Assembly (NCBI RefSeq): GCF_006345805.1
Contig: NC_043018.1
Span: 20,646,001-20,710,000 of the forward strand
Origin: Octopus sinensis
Taxonomy: Eukaryota
Direction of reading: 5' to 3'
DNA length: 64,000 nt
A program made the translations under genes and the position numbers. Below the pieces are notes generated by a model. The model searched no databases, had not been told where the DNA came from, and saw nothing but the letters and a program-made list of their open reading frames with translations. Positions 39,259 through 52,064 of the stretch are shown here, piece after piece. Position 1 is the stretch's first letter; each line of letters starts with the position of its first letter.

Positions 39259-39303
<45 letters not shown>

Positions 39304-39644
39304 TTATGTGTGTGTGTGTGTGTGTGTAAGCATGTGTATGTGTGTGCTTATCTAAAATTGCACCCATCAATGGCATTTTTGTTAATTTTGTGGGAAGAAC
39401 CTCAAAGTAAGCCATGAGAATACATTATTTACATTCGACAGTTCTTAAATATAGAACTGTGAGCCATGAGAATGATCTTTAGTATATTTAAGTCCTTGTG
39501 TGGCTGTGTGGTCAAGAAGGTTTGCCTCCCACCCAGACGGTTTCTGGTTCAATCTTGCTGCATGGCACCTTTGGCAATTCTACTATAGCTCTGGACCAAC
39601 AAAAGCCTTGGGAGGGGATTTGATAGACAGAAGCTGTAAGAAGT

Positions 39645-40057
39645 GGCGAGCTGGCAGAAACGTTAGCACGCCGGGCGAAATGCCTAGTGGTATTTCGTCT
39701 GCCGTTACGTTCTGAGTTCAAATTCCGCCGAGGTCGACTTTGCCTTTCATCCTTTCGGGGTCGATAAATTAAGTACCAGTTGCGCACTGGGGTCGATATA
39801 ATCGACTTAATCCGTTTGTCTGTCCTTGTTTGTCCTCTCTGTGTTTAGCCCCTTGTGGGTAGTAAAGAAATAGGTATTTCGTCTGTCTTTACGTTCTGAG
39901 TTCAAATACCACCGAGGTCGACTTTGCCTTTCATCCTTTCGGGGTCGATTAAATAAGTACCAGTTGCGCACTGGGGTCGATATAATCGACTTAATCCGTT
40001 TGTCTGTCCTTGTTTGTCCTCTTTGTGTTTAGCCCCTTGTGGGTAGTAAAGAAATAA
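39645..40057 (+). mobile_element. SINE family B with tandemly repeated body
   Basis: One head, two bodies. Confidence 0.8.
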
Positions 40058-40821
40058 GAAGCCGATTGTGTGTGTGTTTGTCCGTGTCCCACCACTGCTG
40101 ACAACCTGTGTTGATGTATTTATATCCCTGTAACTTAGTGGTTCAACACAAGAGACTGATAGAATAAGGACCCAGCTTAAAAAAACAAAAACAAACAAAC
40201 AAAAGTACTATGTGCAATTCATTCAACTAAACATTTACGGTGGTGCCCCAGCATAGCTGCAGGCTAATGACTGAAACAGATAAAAGATAAATACTGTGAA
40301 ATGATCCCCTTTGGATTATGTCTCTTTTGGGCCTCTGTAACTATCGACTAGAATGTCAAGCAGATCTATTGTTTCTAAGCTGCATTTGAGTCTCAAAAAT
40401 AAACCCATTGACCTTCTTTTGCCTTTTGGCTTCTTTTCCTCTTTCTCAGAGAGAGAGAGAGAGAGAGAGAGAGTGTGTGTGAATTCATTCATTCAATGTT
40501 TGTTTTATGATGCTAGCATGGATTAAACAATATATTATTGACACACTGTTTTACAGCCAGATTCTTCTCCTGTCACTAACCCTTACCTGCTTTCACCTGT
40601 TGCTGGCGACTGAATTGGCATTTAAACCATTTAGTAAAAGCATGGTTTATGCTCCCAGGCGACAATGGACAATTTGATTTTGATTCCAAGCTGCCCACCG
40701 GCACCAAAATCATTGAAATCTCTCTCTCGACATACAATTTACTTGGAATATCAAACTTTGAAACTATGTTCAATTAAGTCTTCAAATTAATATCTCTTTA
40801 ACAAGTCTGTATTTGACTTAC

Positions 40822-40933
40822 CTGGAATAACCAAAACGGGAATGTGTGAGGAAGGTCAGTGTAAATTCCAATCCAGAGAAGATGAATAAATACAGGAAAT
40901 AAACACAACCAATTATTCGAATGGAAGACATAT
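40822..40933 (-). CDS. MFSD10: MFSD10-like exon 7 (DMSSIRIIGCVYFLYLFIFSGLEFTLTFLTHSRFGYS)
   Basis: YFLYLFxFSGLExTLxFLTH motif; ttacag| and AG|gtaagt; 112 nt, phase 1->2. Confidence 0.95.
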
Positions 40934-43125
40934 CTGTAACATGAAGAGGAAGTCGGTGGGGTTACATCATTTATGATTTTGAAAAGAAGGTGAAAATGTT
41001 TTACAAACAAACAAAAAAATTCCTTTCTTCCTAATAATGGCAATGATGATGATGGGGAACTTGCAGCTGCTTTAGTACTCCAATGTTTTCAGCAAATCAC
41101 TCATTCTCCATCGCTCACCCCACCCTTATACACTTGCAACACCCTCTGACCCACACTGCTGGTCCCTCTGTCCCCACTCACTTCTATTCACCTTGTGCTT
41201 TGAGGGCCCACCCAAGCACTTCATCACTACTATTTCTATCTATTTCCAGCTCCAATCAATCACTCCCACCCACTTTACTAAAATACGAGCAGTCATATAA
41301 CTCCCCTACACCAAGAATCCTGCTCTGTCCTGGCCCCTTCTCTCATGCTTTAACCCCTGCATCCTTTAACATGAAGCTGCCTTCCTCAGGGTTCATTGTC
41401 TTGCCAGCTGCAGGGCAACCCCACTAGTGTTGGTGCCACAAAAACAAGCACTCAACACACACTGTGAAATAGTTGACATTAGAAAGGGCATCCAGTCATA
41501 GGATCCATGCCAAAGCAGACACTGGAGCAAGCACGATACAGTTCTTGGACCCCTAGGATCAGGTCAAACTGTCCAACCCATACCAGCATGGAATATTGAT
41601 GTTAAATGACGAAAGAAGGAATAAGATGTGGCTCCAGTTGGGAGTGGTTTTAATTCATTTATGTTGCAAATGCCTCAAAGAAAATCAAGATGTGTTGAAA
41701 CCAATATTGTTATATTTTGGAAGTCACACTAATAAACATTATAAACCAATTGTTATTTGTCTATATTTCTTTTCCTACACGAAACCTGTGACCTTCTCAA
41801 TGAGTATCTATTTTCAATGGCGTCTGAAAAAAATATACAGCCATTAAGAAGGCCATAGGTTTAGTGATATGAAAATATTTTGGAAGCAAGAAATATTGAC
41901 AAACAACAACTGACAAGTGTGTTTATAGGTTTTGTCTCATCCTTCCAAAATATAAAGACAGAAGTAGTATCCTCTTAATCCTTTAGCAATTAATCTGGCC
42001 ATATCTGGCCCCGAATAATCTACATGTTGTATGTTCAAACTGACCAGATCCAACCTCCGACATCTACCCTATATGCCATTCTAAAAATATAATAATTCCT
42101 ACATTAGAATTACATTAAAGTAGAGGTAAGTTGTAAAAGAGGGGGACCCAGGAAGACGTGGGACGAAGTACTGAAGTCCGATCTAAAAATATTGAGCCTT
42201 ACAAAGGAAATGAGAGAAGACCAAGGTATGTGGTGCATTACTGTACACAGGAAGACTCACCCAACAATATTGAAGTGAGATCCTAAAACCAAAGTGCCGT
42301 GCAAAAAACATTGGTGTAGGTGCTGGTGCCACATAAAAAGCACCCAGTCTATGTTATAAAGTGATGGGCTTTAGGAAGGGCATCCAGCTGTAGGAACCAA
42401 TCTAAAACAGATTATGGAACCTGGTGGGGCCCCTGGCCTTGCCAGTTCCTGTCAGACCATCCAACCCATCCCAACAGGGGAAATGGATGTTAAATGTTGA
42501 TGATGATGATGATGGTGACAAGTGAAAACATTTTTTCCTTTTTTCATTGTATGCAAGACAGGGTCGTGTGTTTAAGAAACAGCTTCAAAATCACGTGCTT
42601 TCAGGTTCAATTTCCACTTCATAACACTTTTGGCAAATGCTTTCTACTCCAGCCTTGAGTTGACCAATGCTTTGTAAGGAAAATTTGGGAAACTGTACAG
42701 AAGCCCACCATATGTGTGTAGGATGGGTGAGTGTGCAAGTGTGTATGCAATATTTCATGCAATAAGTTGGTAGAATTACTAAGTGGTTGAAAAAAAAAAG
42801 ACATGTATGCGTGAATACGCACACACTTACATGCTCTCATATACGCACGCACACCTTCGTTTTGGGATCACCAGTACTTTATTATCTCCCCTTCTTCCTA
42901 GCTCTCCTGTCTGACCACCTCTGTCCAGACAACCGCCAGGATCAACCACTAGCCACTAAAGCTTTTTTAATTCTCTCTCTGTTTATTTTTTAGTGTTCCT
43001 TCTTGTTGAAGAGCGTAGGCTCGAAACATAAAAGACTTTCTCACCTTCCCAAGCATTAAACTAATATACCCATTTGTTATTTATACACCTGACTTCGTCT
43101 TTTGTTTTTTCGTAAATCCCAACTA

Positions 43126-43190
<65 letters not shown>

Positions 43191-43365
43191 CATATATAGG
43201 AGGTTACGAGAGGTAATAGTGTCATTGAGACCCAAAGGTGTCAGGTAATGCTGAATAGATGCTATAGAAGATCCGCAGTTAAGTTCTAGATTCAGTGATT
43301 ATGCGAATAAGGGGTTCAATGTTGGTCATATGTCAGCGTGAGTATATAAAAATTTTATTTTGTGA

Positions 43366-43455
43366 TGAGATAAAAAACCAAGGCTGTGTAGATTTTAGAA
43401 TATTTATGGATAGATAAATGTTCTAAAATCTACGCAGCCTTGGTTTTTTATCTCA
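43366..43455. repeat. 90-nt near-perfect hairpin (42-bp arms, 6-nt loop)
   Basis: Two mismatches only. Confidence 0.9.
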
Positions 43456-43475
43456 TTACGAAATAAAATTCACAT

Positions 43476-43875
43476 AGGCGCAGGAGTGGCTGTGTGGTAA
43501 GTAGCTTGCTAACCAACCACATGGTTCCGGGTTCAGTCCCACTGCGTGGCATCTTGGGCAAGTGTCTTCTGCTATAGCCCCGGGCCGACCAATGCCTTGT
43601 GAGTGGATTTGGTAGACGGAAACTGAAAGAAGCCTGTTGTATATATGTATATATATATATGTATGTGTGTGCATATGTTTGTGTGTCTGTGTTTGTCCCC
43701 CTAGCATTGCTTGACAACCGATGCTGGTGAGTTTATGTCCCCGTCACTTAGCGGTTCGGCAAAAGAGACCGATAGAATAAGTACTGGGCTTACAAAGAAT
43801 AAATCCTGAGATCAATTTGCTCGACTAAAGGCGGTGCTCCAGCATGGCCGCAGTCAAATGACTGAAACAAGTAAA

Positions 43876-43879
<4 letters not shown>
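43476..43879 (+). mobile_element. SINE family A
   Basis: Family similarity. Confidence 0.8.
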
Positions 43880-43940
<61 letters not shown>

Positions 43941-44040
43941 TAAATAGAAGGATATCATCATCATCATTATCACATGGAAGGTGGACATTAAATGGTGATG
44001 ATGATATATGTTTGTTGTTGTTAGATTAAGTTGGCCTTAC

Positions 44041-44137
44041 CAGTTTCTCTGAGAGGTCGTACAACAGTAAACCGGAACAAAGACATCGGGTTCAGTAGAT
44101 GTGAGGTTTGTCTCCAACTTGATGACAAGGACTTAGC
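44041..44137 (-). CDS. MFSD10: MFSD10-like exon 6 (AKSLSSSWRQTSHLLNPMSLFRFTVVRPLRET)
   Basis: poly-T ag| acceptor, G|gtaagg donor; 97 nt, phase 0->1; LLNPxSLFRF loop resembles family. Confidence 0.88.
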
Positions 44138-44190
44138 CTAAAAAAAACAAAACAACAATAACAATAAATTTAATGACAATTAACATTATT

Positions 44191-44718
44191 AAATTTTATG
44201 AAATATGACAAAATTTTATGTGTGCGTGTGTGTGTGTGTCAGCCATTTTTCTTTCTTCTCCTAACTTGTGTTTCATTCTTTCTTCCTGTTGCAGCTGGAC
44301 AAAGAAGATGTATTCTTGTCTGTCTCCTGTCCAAGCTTGTGTCTTCGCATTCACCACCACAACCTCGTTTAGGCTTAGCAGCCCTTCCTGTATGTTTTCA
44401 CAGTCCTGTTTTTGTCACCAATTTTGACCCTCCGCAAAATCCCAATTTTATTTGATTTGCCTTTGCAGGAACAACTTTTATCGAAGGCGTATCTCTTTTC
44501 TTGAATTGCTCAAAATACGGATTAGAAAAACAGCCGACACTGATGAAGGGTTGTTCTTTGCGTGTTTGTCTCGTTTCGTTTGTTCTTTCGTTGTTTGCAA
44601 AAAAGGTTCATTTCCATGTCCTCATATTTTGTATTTTTTGTGTTTACATTTTGTGACATCCTGTGCCCTCATTGCATATGTATGTATGTAAGTATGTATG
44701 TATACGTATTTATATATG

Positions 44719-44760
<42 letters not shown>

Positions 44761-45291
44761 ATATAAATTTTATGAAATATGAAAAATTATGTGCGTGTGT
44801 GTGTGGTCACATTTCTTTCTTCTCCTAACTTGTGTTTCATTCTTTCTTCCTGTGCAGCTGGACAAAGAAGATGTATTTTGTCTGTCTCCTGTCCAAGCTT
44901 GTGTCTTCGCATTCACCACCACAACCTCGTTTAGGCTTAGCAGCCCTTCCTGTATGTTTTCACAGTCCTGTTTTTGTCACCAATTTTGACCCTCCGCAAA
45001 ATCCCAAATTTTATTTGATTTGCTTTGCAGGAACAACTGTTTTATCGAAGGCGTATCTCTTTTCTTGAATTGCTCAAAATACGGATTAGAAAAACAGCCG
45101 ACAACTGATGAAGGGTTGTTCTTTGCGTTGTTTGTCTCGTTTTCCGTTTGTTTCTTTCGTTGTTTGCAAAAAAAGGTTCATATTCCATGTCCTCATATTT
45201 TGTATTTTTTGTTGTTTACATTTTGTGACATCCTGTGCCCTCATATGCATATGTATGTATGTAAGTATGTATGTATACGTATTTATATATG

Positions 45292-45329
<38 letters not shown>

Positions 45330-45330
45330 A
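44191..45330. repeat. ~575-bp direct tandem duplication
   Basis: Copies start at 44191 and 44766. Confidence 0.9.
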
Positions 45331-45376
45331 ACCCTCAACAAAATGACCCCATACATAGAAAATAAAATACAGTACA

Positions 45377-45793
45377 CAGGTCATCGTTGACTCGACTTTA
45401 CAACAATTGGCACACCAGCTCCCAGCAGCAATAATAAATAGTCCAGTTGAAATGTAACGAGTTTAATTTCTTGGAAATTAACCCGTTTACGGATGATGTC
45501 AGCTAATAAATGCCTCCTCTAGGTTTGGTTAACGATTACCACTGTGTTGGATGACTATCCTGTTGCGGAGACATCGAGGCAACCTTGTATTTGTTCACAA
45601 GACGACTGCTTTGAGACTCCAAAGTTTTTGACTAATACCAGTATTACAGTATAATATAGAATGCTGTGTGTGACTTTCACCTGAGAATGTACCTTAAGAA
45701 TGTAAAGATATAGAACAAAGCTATGTAGGTATATAAGCCAATTTAGGACCAGTCAGTCAGAACCAATTGTGGTCGTAAGTCAACGACAACCTG
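45377..45793. mobile_element. pogo/Tigger-like MITE
   Basis: caggtcatcgttgact..caattgg / ccaattgtggtcgtaagtcaacgacaacctg|ta inverted ends. Confidence 0.6.
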
Positions 45794-45974
45794 TATATCG
45801 TAATCATTATTTTAATATCCGCTTTGCCATACTTGCATATATGTCTAACTCATGCCAGCATAGTAAAACAGAAATAAAAATAAATAAATGTGAGTAAAAC
45901 TGTAAGATGTAGAATGATTGATAGACAAATAGAAGACAATTGCTAATGCAATCAAGATTAAAATATACACTCAC

Positions 45975-46163
45975 CCTTTTACCAGGAGGTAGAGATTCGT
46001 TGAGATAAAATATGATGAACATTATGTCCGTCAGAATTAAGGCAAAAGCAAATAAACCAGGAAGTACAAACAGGCCCTGCTGTTTACCAGCAGACTTGGA
46101 GAACATGGCACCAATAAAAGGACCAATGATGAATCCAAGAGAAAAGGCAATTCCAATCAAAGC
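45975..46163 (-). CDS. MFSD10: MFSD10-like exon 5 (ALIGIAFSLGFIIGPFIGA...LNESLPPGKR)
   Basis: Antiporter-type motif C (GxAFSLGFxxGPxxG); ttttag| and AGG|gtgagt; 189 nt. Confidence 0.95.
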
Positions 46164-47462
46164 CTAAAATATAAAAAAAAAAAAAAAAGATATTATTGAA
46201 ACAAAAATATAAAAGGACTTTTGGTGACTATTTCAGGTTTTTTATCAAAATTCTAAATTTGAAAAGAACCTTCCTTAAATTTATCCAGTGGCTGAAAAAT
46301 AAGAAGAATATTATTGTTTTGGTTCCTTTATGTAATGTATTTAATTTGGGTGAAGAACAAGAATCAGTATTGGAATATTTGGTAAAATACAAAGTGGGAA
46401 TTTCAAAATATTAGAAATTCTAACTTTTTTAGATTATCAGAGAATTTTTCATTGTATTTATAACACACATATAGGTGCAGGCGGGGCTGTGTGGTTAAGA
46501 AACTTGCTTCACAATCATATGGTTTGGGGTTCAGTCCCACTGTGTGGCACCTTGAGCAAGTATCTTCTACAACAGCTCCGAACCAACAAATTCTTGGGAG
46601 AGGCTTTGGTAGACAGAAACTGAAAGGAGTCTATCACACACACACACACACACACACGAAAGAGAGAGAGAGAGAGACAGACAGACAGTATGGCGTGTGT
46701 GTGTGTGTGTACCCCAACTCACTACTTGACAATTAGTATTGTTTATGTCCTTGTAACTTCGCGGTTCAGCAAAAGAGAATGATAGAATAACTACCAGGTA
46801 TAATAAAAAAAAAAAGAGTACTGTGGTTGACTTTGTTTGGTTAAACCCATTGAGGTGGTGCCCCAGTATGGCCACAGTCCAGAGATAGAAGATAATTCAA
46901 AACATGGAGGCTCCAAGACTGTGTAGAATGAGTACCAGGCGGTGAGCTGGCAGACATGTTAGCAGGCTGGGCAAAATGCTTAGCGGTATTTCGTTTGCCG
47001 TTACGTTCCGAGTTCAAATTCCACCGAGGTCGACTTTGCCTTTCATCCTTTCGGGGTCGATAAATTAAGTACCAGTTACGCACTGGGGTCGACGTAATCG
47101 ACTTCATCCCTTTGTCTGTCCTTGTTTGTCCCCTCTATGTTTAGCCCCCTGTGGGCAATAAAGAAATAAGAATGAGTACCATTCACTGAGCAATATACAA
47201 TATGCAGTCTCTCCTCAGGTGCTGGTCCTCATATTCCTTGGTGATCACTAGTGTTCAGAGAAAGAGCCGAACCTCTGATTTAGTAGGAAGACCATCCTAG
47301 CTAAAATAAGAATACCTGCTCCTACTGACCTAGGCAGATCTGGAGAGGCATACATCGAAAAAAATAGCTGAATGAACAAAAGAGGACAATGCTAGACAGA
47401 CAGATTATGAAACTACAGTTCAGGCAATATCTAGGTTGATAGCAGTCTGCTTCAGTTGTTGT

Positions 47463-48140
47463 AACCTCCATAATGGTTAAAAGTGGATAACCACTGCTTT
47501 GGTTAATAGTGCGTAGCCTCTGCTATAATCTGGCAAGGGTACTAAAAGCCAAGGTGTCACAAATAACTTAAACCAATTCGAACCACAAAAACTTAGTAAT
47601 CAAAAAAGAAAGGTGAGATCACACCTGAAAACCTCTATAATGGTTAAAAGTGGATAGCCACTGCTTTGGTTAAAAGTGGGTAGCCTCTGCTATAATCTGG
47701 CAAGGGTACTAAAAGCCAAGGTGTCACGAATAACTTAAACCAATTCAAACCACAAAAATTTAGTAATAAAAAAAAACAGGTGGGATCACACCTGAAAACC
47801 TCTATAATGGTTAAAAGTGGATAACCACTGCTTTGGTTAATAGTGCATAGCCTCTGCAATAATCTGGCAAGGGAACTAACGTTGTGAGTTCAAATTCCGC
47901 CGAGGTCGACTTTGCCTTTCATCCTTTCGGAGTCGATAAATTAAGTACCAGTTAAGCACTGGGGTCGATATAATCGACTTAATACCTATGTCTGTCCATG
48001 TTTGTCCCCTCTATGTTCAGCCCCTTGTGGGTAATAAAGAAATAGGTACTAAAAGCCAAGGTGTCACAAATAACTTAAACCAATTCTAACCACAAAAACT
48101 TAGTAATCAAAAAAAACAGGTGAGATCACACCTGAAAACA
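47463..48140. repeat. ~167-bp tandem repeat x3, third unit interrupted by a SINE B (~47879-48046)
   Basis: aacctc(c/t)ataatggttaaaagtgg at 47463, 47631, 47797. Confidence 0.85.
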
Positions 48141-48384
48141 AAGAACAAAGCAAGCGTAGGTGGATGGGAAAGGAGGTAAGAGGCTCTCAGGGAGTGTTAT
48201 GACCTCTCATGTTCTAAATCTGCTCAACACCAGATTTACTCACTGACAGATATGAATATAAAACTACAGATTTCTTGTTGACAAGATTGTAATAAATTTC
48301 ACAATTGTATTTTTATTTTCCAACTGGTGTAAAGAGGGTGTAAAGAGGGTGTAAAGGGGGTGTTGACTGGGCAATGTTCTTTTA

Positions 48385-48823
48385 TCTTTTACTTGTTTCA
48401 GTCATTAGATTGCGGCCATGCTGGGGCACTGCCTTGGAGAATTTTAGTCAAGTGAATTGACCCCAGGACTTATTTTCTATTTTTGCTTTTCTTTGTTTTT
48501 TTTTCAAGCCTAGTACTTATTCTATCAATCTTTTTTGTCAAACTGCTAAGTTATGGTGAAATAAACAGACCAAGATTGGTTGTCAAGCAGTGAGAGGGTG
48601 GGGGTAGAGACAGATAGACACACAAACACACACACATATATATATTATATATACATATATATATACACAACAGGCTTCTTTCAGTTTCCATCTACCAAAT
48701 CCATTCATAAGGCTTTTTGTCGGCCTGAGGCTATAGTAGAAAACACTTGCCCAAGGTACCATGCAGTGGGACTGAACCCAGAACCATGTGGTTGGGAAGA
48801 AAGCTTCTTACCAGACACCCATT

Positions 48824-48825
<2 letters not shown>
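48385..48825 (-). mobile_element. SINE family A, diverged
   Basis: Family similarity. Confidence 0.7.
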
Positions 48826-48858
<33 letters not shown>

Positions 48859-49439
48859 TCAGTATTTTATATGTCCGAACAAGAAACACACCCTAAAGCA
48901 TTAGAGCGGTGATATACTTCTAAAAGTTATGGCCAGTCATAGAGTGACCATTAGTTTTGCAGCTATAAAGTGCTTAGCAGTACTGGTGCAAAACCAATGA
49001 TTATTGAATGACCAGCCATAATTTAAAAAAATATATCTATATACGATGGCCTTCTTTCAGTTTCTGTCTACCAGATCCATTCACAAGGCTTTGATCGGCT
49101 TGAGGTTTTAAAAGAAGACACTTGCCCGAGGTGCCATGCAGTAGGACTGAACCTGGAACCATGTGGTTGGGAAGCAAGCTACTTACCACACAGCCACACC
49201 TTATAGAAAAAGAATGGGGACTGGGAGAAGTGAAGCGCTTATTAAAGGGCTGGGAGAACAAGCACACATTGTAGGGCTGAGAATGCAGATTATACTACTG
49301 GAAAAGAGGGCTCTGATTACAACATTAAGGGGAGGGGGCACACATTAAAGGGTTGGAAGAAGTGGGAGCACATTGTAGGACTGGCCCAAGGCATTGAATG
49401 CTCTGACACCAGCCTGGGCATAATATCAAAATGAAAACA

Positions 49440-49727
49440 TCATCATGATGATGATGATCATCATCATCATCGTTTAACGTCCGTTTTCCATGCTAGCATG
49501 GGTTGGATGGTTCAACTCGGGTCTGGGAAGCCAGAAGGCTGCGCCAGGCCCAGTCTGATCTGGCAGTGTTTCTACAGCTGGATGCCCTTCCTAACGCCAA
49601 CCTCTCCGTGAGTGTAGTGGGTGCTTTTTACGTGCCACCTGTACAAGTGCCAGACGAGTTTGGCAAACGGCCACGATCGGATGGTGCTTTTTACGTGCCA
49701 CTGGCACGGGGGCCAGACGAGGCTGGA
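49440..49727 (-). mobile_element. Family C retroposon
   Basis: Family similarity. Confidence 0.7.
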
Positions 49728-50019
49728 TGTGAGATTCTTTTGAGGTTAGAATTTTTTTCCCTGCAACATTCTTTTATATCCAAAGCAATTTACATGAAAC
49801 ACTTATGAGAAAGGAAAATCATGAAGAACAAGCTGTTGTTTAGCCCCAGGTCAGCACTGATCTAACAGACATATAATCAAAAAGTATTCCAAATGTGACC
49901 ACCACCTCTTTTATTTATTTATCACTGATTTTATTTTTCCAGTTTTCCAGAGACAAATGTATCAGGGATCACACCGTCCAATGTAACCTATCTTTTCCAA
50001 GATGGTAGTTTGCAATTTG

Positions 50020-50189
50020 CCGTTACGTTGTGAGTTCAAATTCCGCCGAGGTCGACTTTGCCTTTCATCCTTTCGGAGTCGATAAATTAAGTACCAGTTA
50101 AGCACTGGGGTCGATATAATCGACTTAATACCTATGTCTGTCCATGTTTGTCCCCTCTGTGTTTAGCCCTTGTGGGTAATAAAGAAATA
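50020..50189 (+). mobile_element. 5'-truncated SINE family B with perfect 16-bp TSD
   Basis: ggtagtttgcaatttg at 50004-50019 and 50190-50205. Confidence 0.85.
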
Positions 50190-50869
50190 GGTAGTTTGCA
50201 ATTTGAGAGAGATTTGGCTGTCATTTCTAAAAAGTTGGCAGAGCACATGGTGACAGACTTGTTCTTAACTTGTATGACAGGTTGGACATGTAGGTCACAG
50301 GCCGGTTATTTGCGTACACTGGAAAGTGGATCAAGTGAAACTTCAAGTTAATTAATCGTGTCAACAATTACCTCTTCAGACTTCGATGTTTGCAAAAGAT
50401 AAACATAAAACATAAGATAAATCCAACGAGGAATAAGGTCATTGTTGCACTACTTTCTCTAATGCAAACCATGTTAGTTTAACAAGAAATTCAACTCCTG
50501 ATTTGACACACACACATGTATATAGAGGCATACATGGATGTGTGGTTAAGAGGTTTGCTTCCCAGCCATATGGTCTTGAGTTCAGTCCCTCTGTGCAGCA
50601 CTCTGGACAAGTGTCTTTTGCTGTTATTATAGCTCTGAGCCGACCAATGTCTTGTGAGTAAATTTGTGCATGTGTGTATTTGTGCATATGTGTATTTGTG
50701 CATGTGTGTATGGATGTATGTGTGTGTATGGATGTGTGTATGGATGTATGTGTATGTATGGATGGATGTGTGTCAAGCTAGTCTTGAGCGCTACTGGTAA
50801 TATGTAACCCAGTACAACCTGTTGTATGCATTGTGAATCAGGGGCTGCATATATACAAAGACAGGAGTT

Positions 50870-50925
<56 letters not shown>

Positions 50926-51665
50926 GTAACAGCAGATGTGTATACACAGAAACCAAGACAGTTTAGTTTAATAGAAATTTGATAATGAAAGTTTCAAAAA
51001 AATATAAAGAAATTATAAAGAATTATAAGCTCCAATTAAAGATAAGAAAAAGCATTTATCTTACAAACTGAAAGTCATTAACTAAATTCAACAGGATACA
51101 ATTTCTTTCCTATCAGTTCCTAACCTGCCAGGGTTGTCAGCTACTGTTAGGTCTAAAATGAATTTATCACATTTTTAGGGAGTGTTTCTTTTAAGCAAGA
51201 GATAACACTGAGTAACAAAATTTTTATTTTTTTATCTTTTGTCTTTGGTCAGTAAATGGTATTTCCTATTTGCTTCTATCGAGAAATCAAAAGAAATGAC
51301 TACTATTACCTTCAAACTTTGCTTTTGTGACCTGGACATCAATGTTTTGAAACTGGCCTATTTTTCCATTACATTTCAAACAGATTCAGCGCTGAGTTGC
51401 TGAAGCAGAAATATCTTTATTGCAAATATTCTGCTCAATACCACAGATTTGCTTGTCAGTTGCTTGACCTGAACCACTTGAGCATGTCCCTTAGTGGCTG
51501 ACAATATGTGCATCTGTGATTATGAGCAGAAGTAGTGGGGGAGCATCATAGCCATGTGTTGAGAGGGATTCTTTGGGGTTTGAACAAATGTATTAACAGC
51601 AAAGTTTAAAGGAAATATTAGCTATTTTTCATACTTTCTGTATAGGAAACAACAGCTGCCACCCA

Positions 51666-51836
51666 GGGACAAAAAATAACAGTTACTACCTGGGTACAAA
51701 AAATAACAGTTACTACCCGGGTACAAAAAATAACAGTTACTACCGGGTACAAAAAATAACAGTTACTACCCGGGTACAAAAAATTACAGTTACTACCCGG
51801 GTACAAAAAATAACAGTTACTACCCGGGTACAAAAA
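51666..51836. repeat. 27-bp minisatellite, ~6.3 copies
   Basis: gggtacaaaaaataacagttactaccc units. Confidence 0.95.
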
Positions 51837-51905
51837 TCGTGTTATACAGTATGATCTCACTCTGCATGAAACACCACGCATTCCAGTTCGACAAGTAATC
51901 CTTAC

Positions 51906-52064
51906 CATTCCTCGGCCTCTTTTCTCAGCAGAAGAGACATCGGTGACTATAGCAGTTGAAAGGCTGATGTTACCTTTACTGATGCCGCCAATAATTCTTG
52001 CAATGATGAACAGGAGGAAAGTGTTAGAGACCGACCATATCAGGTGAGATATAGCGACACCTGT
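51906..52064 (-). CDS. MFSD10: MFSD10-like exon 4 (TGVAISHLIWSVS...ARIIGGISKGNISLSTAIVTDVSSAEKRGRGM)
   Basis: ttgcag| and ATG|gtaagg; 159 nt; RxxGGISKGNxSLSTAIV characteristic of MFSD10. Confidence 0.95.

Noticed and set aside
44536-44570. gaca-CTGATGA-aggg motif in the 575-bp duplication (also CTGAAGA at 38519)
   Set aside because: No downstream GAAA at the right spacing
51666-51836. CRISPR-like regular 27-bp repeats
   Set aside because: No unique spacers, no cas genes, eukaryotic intron
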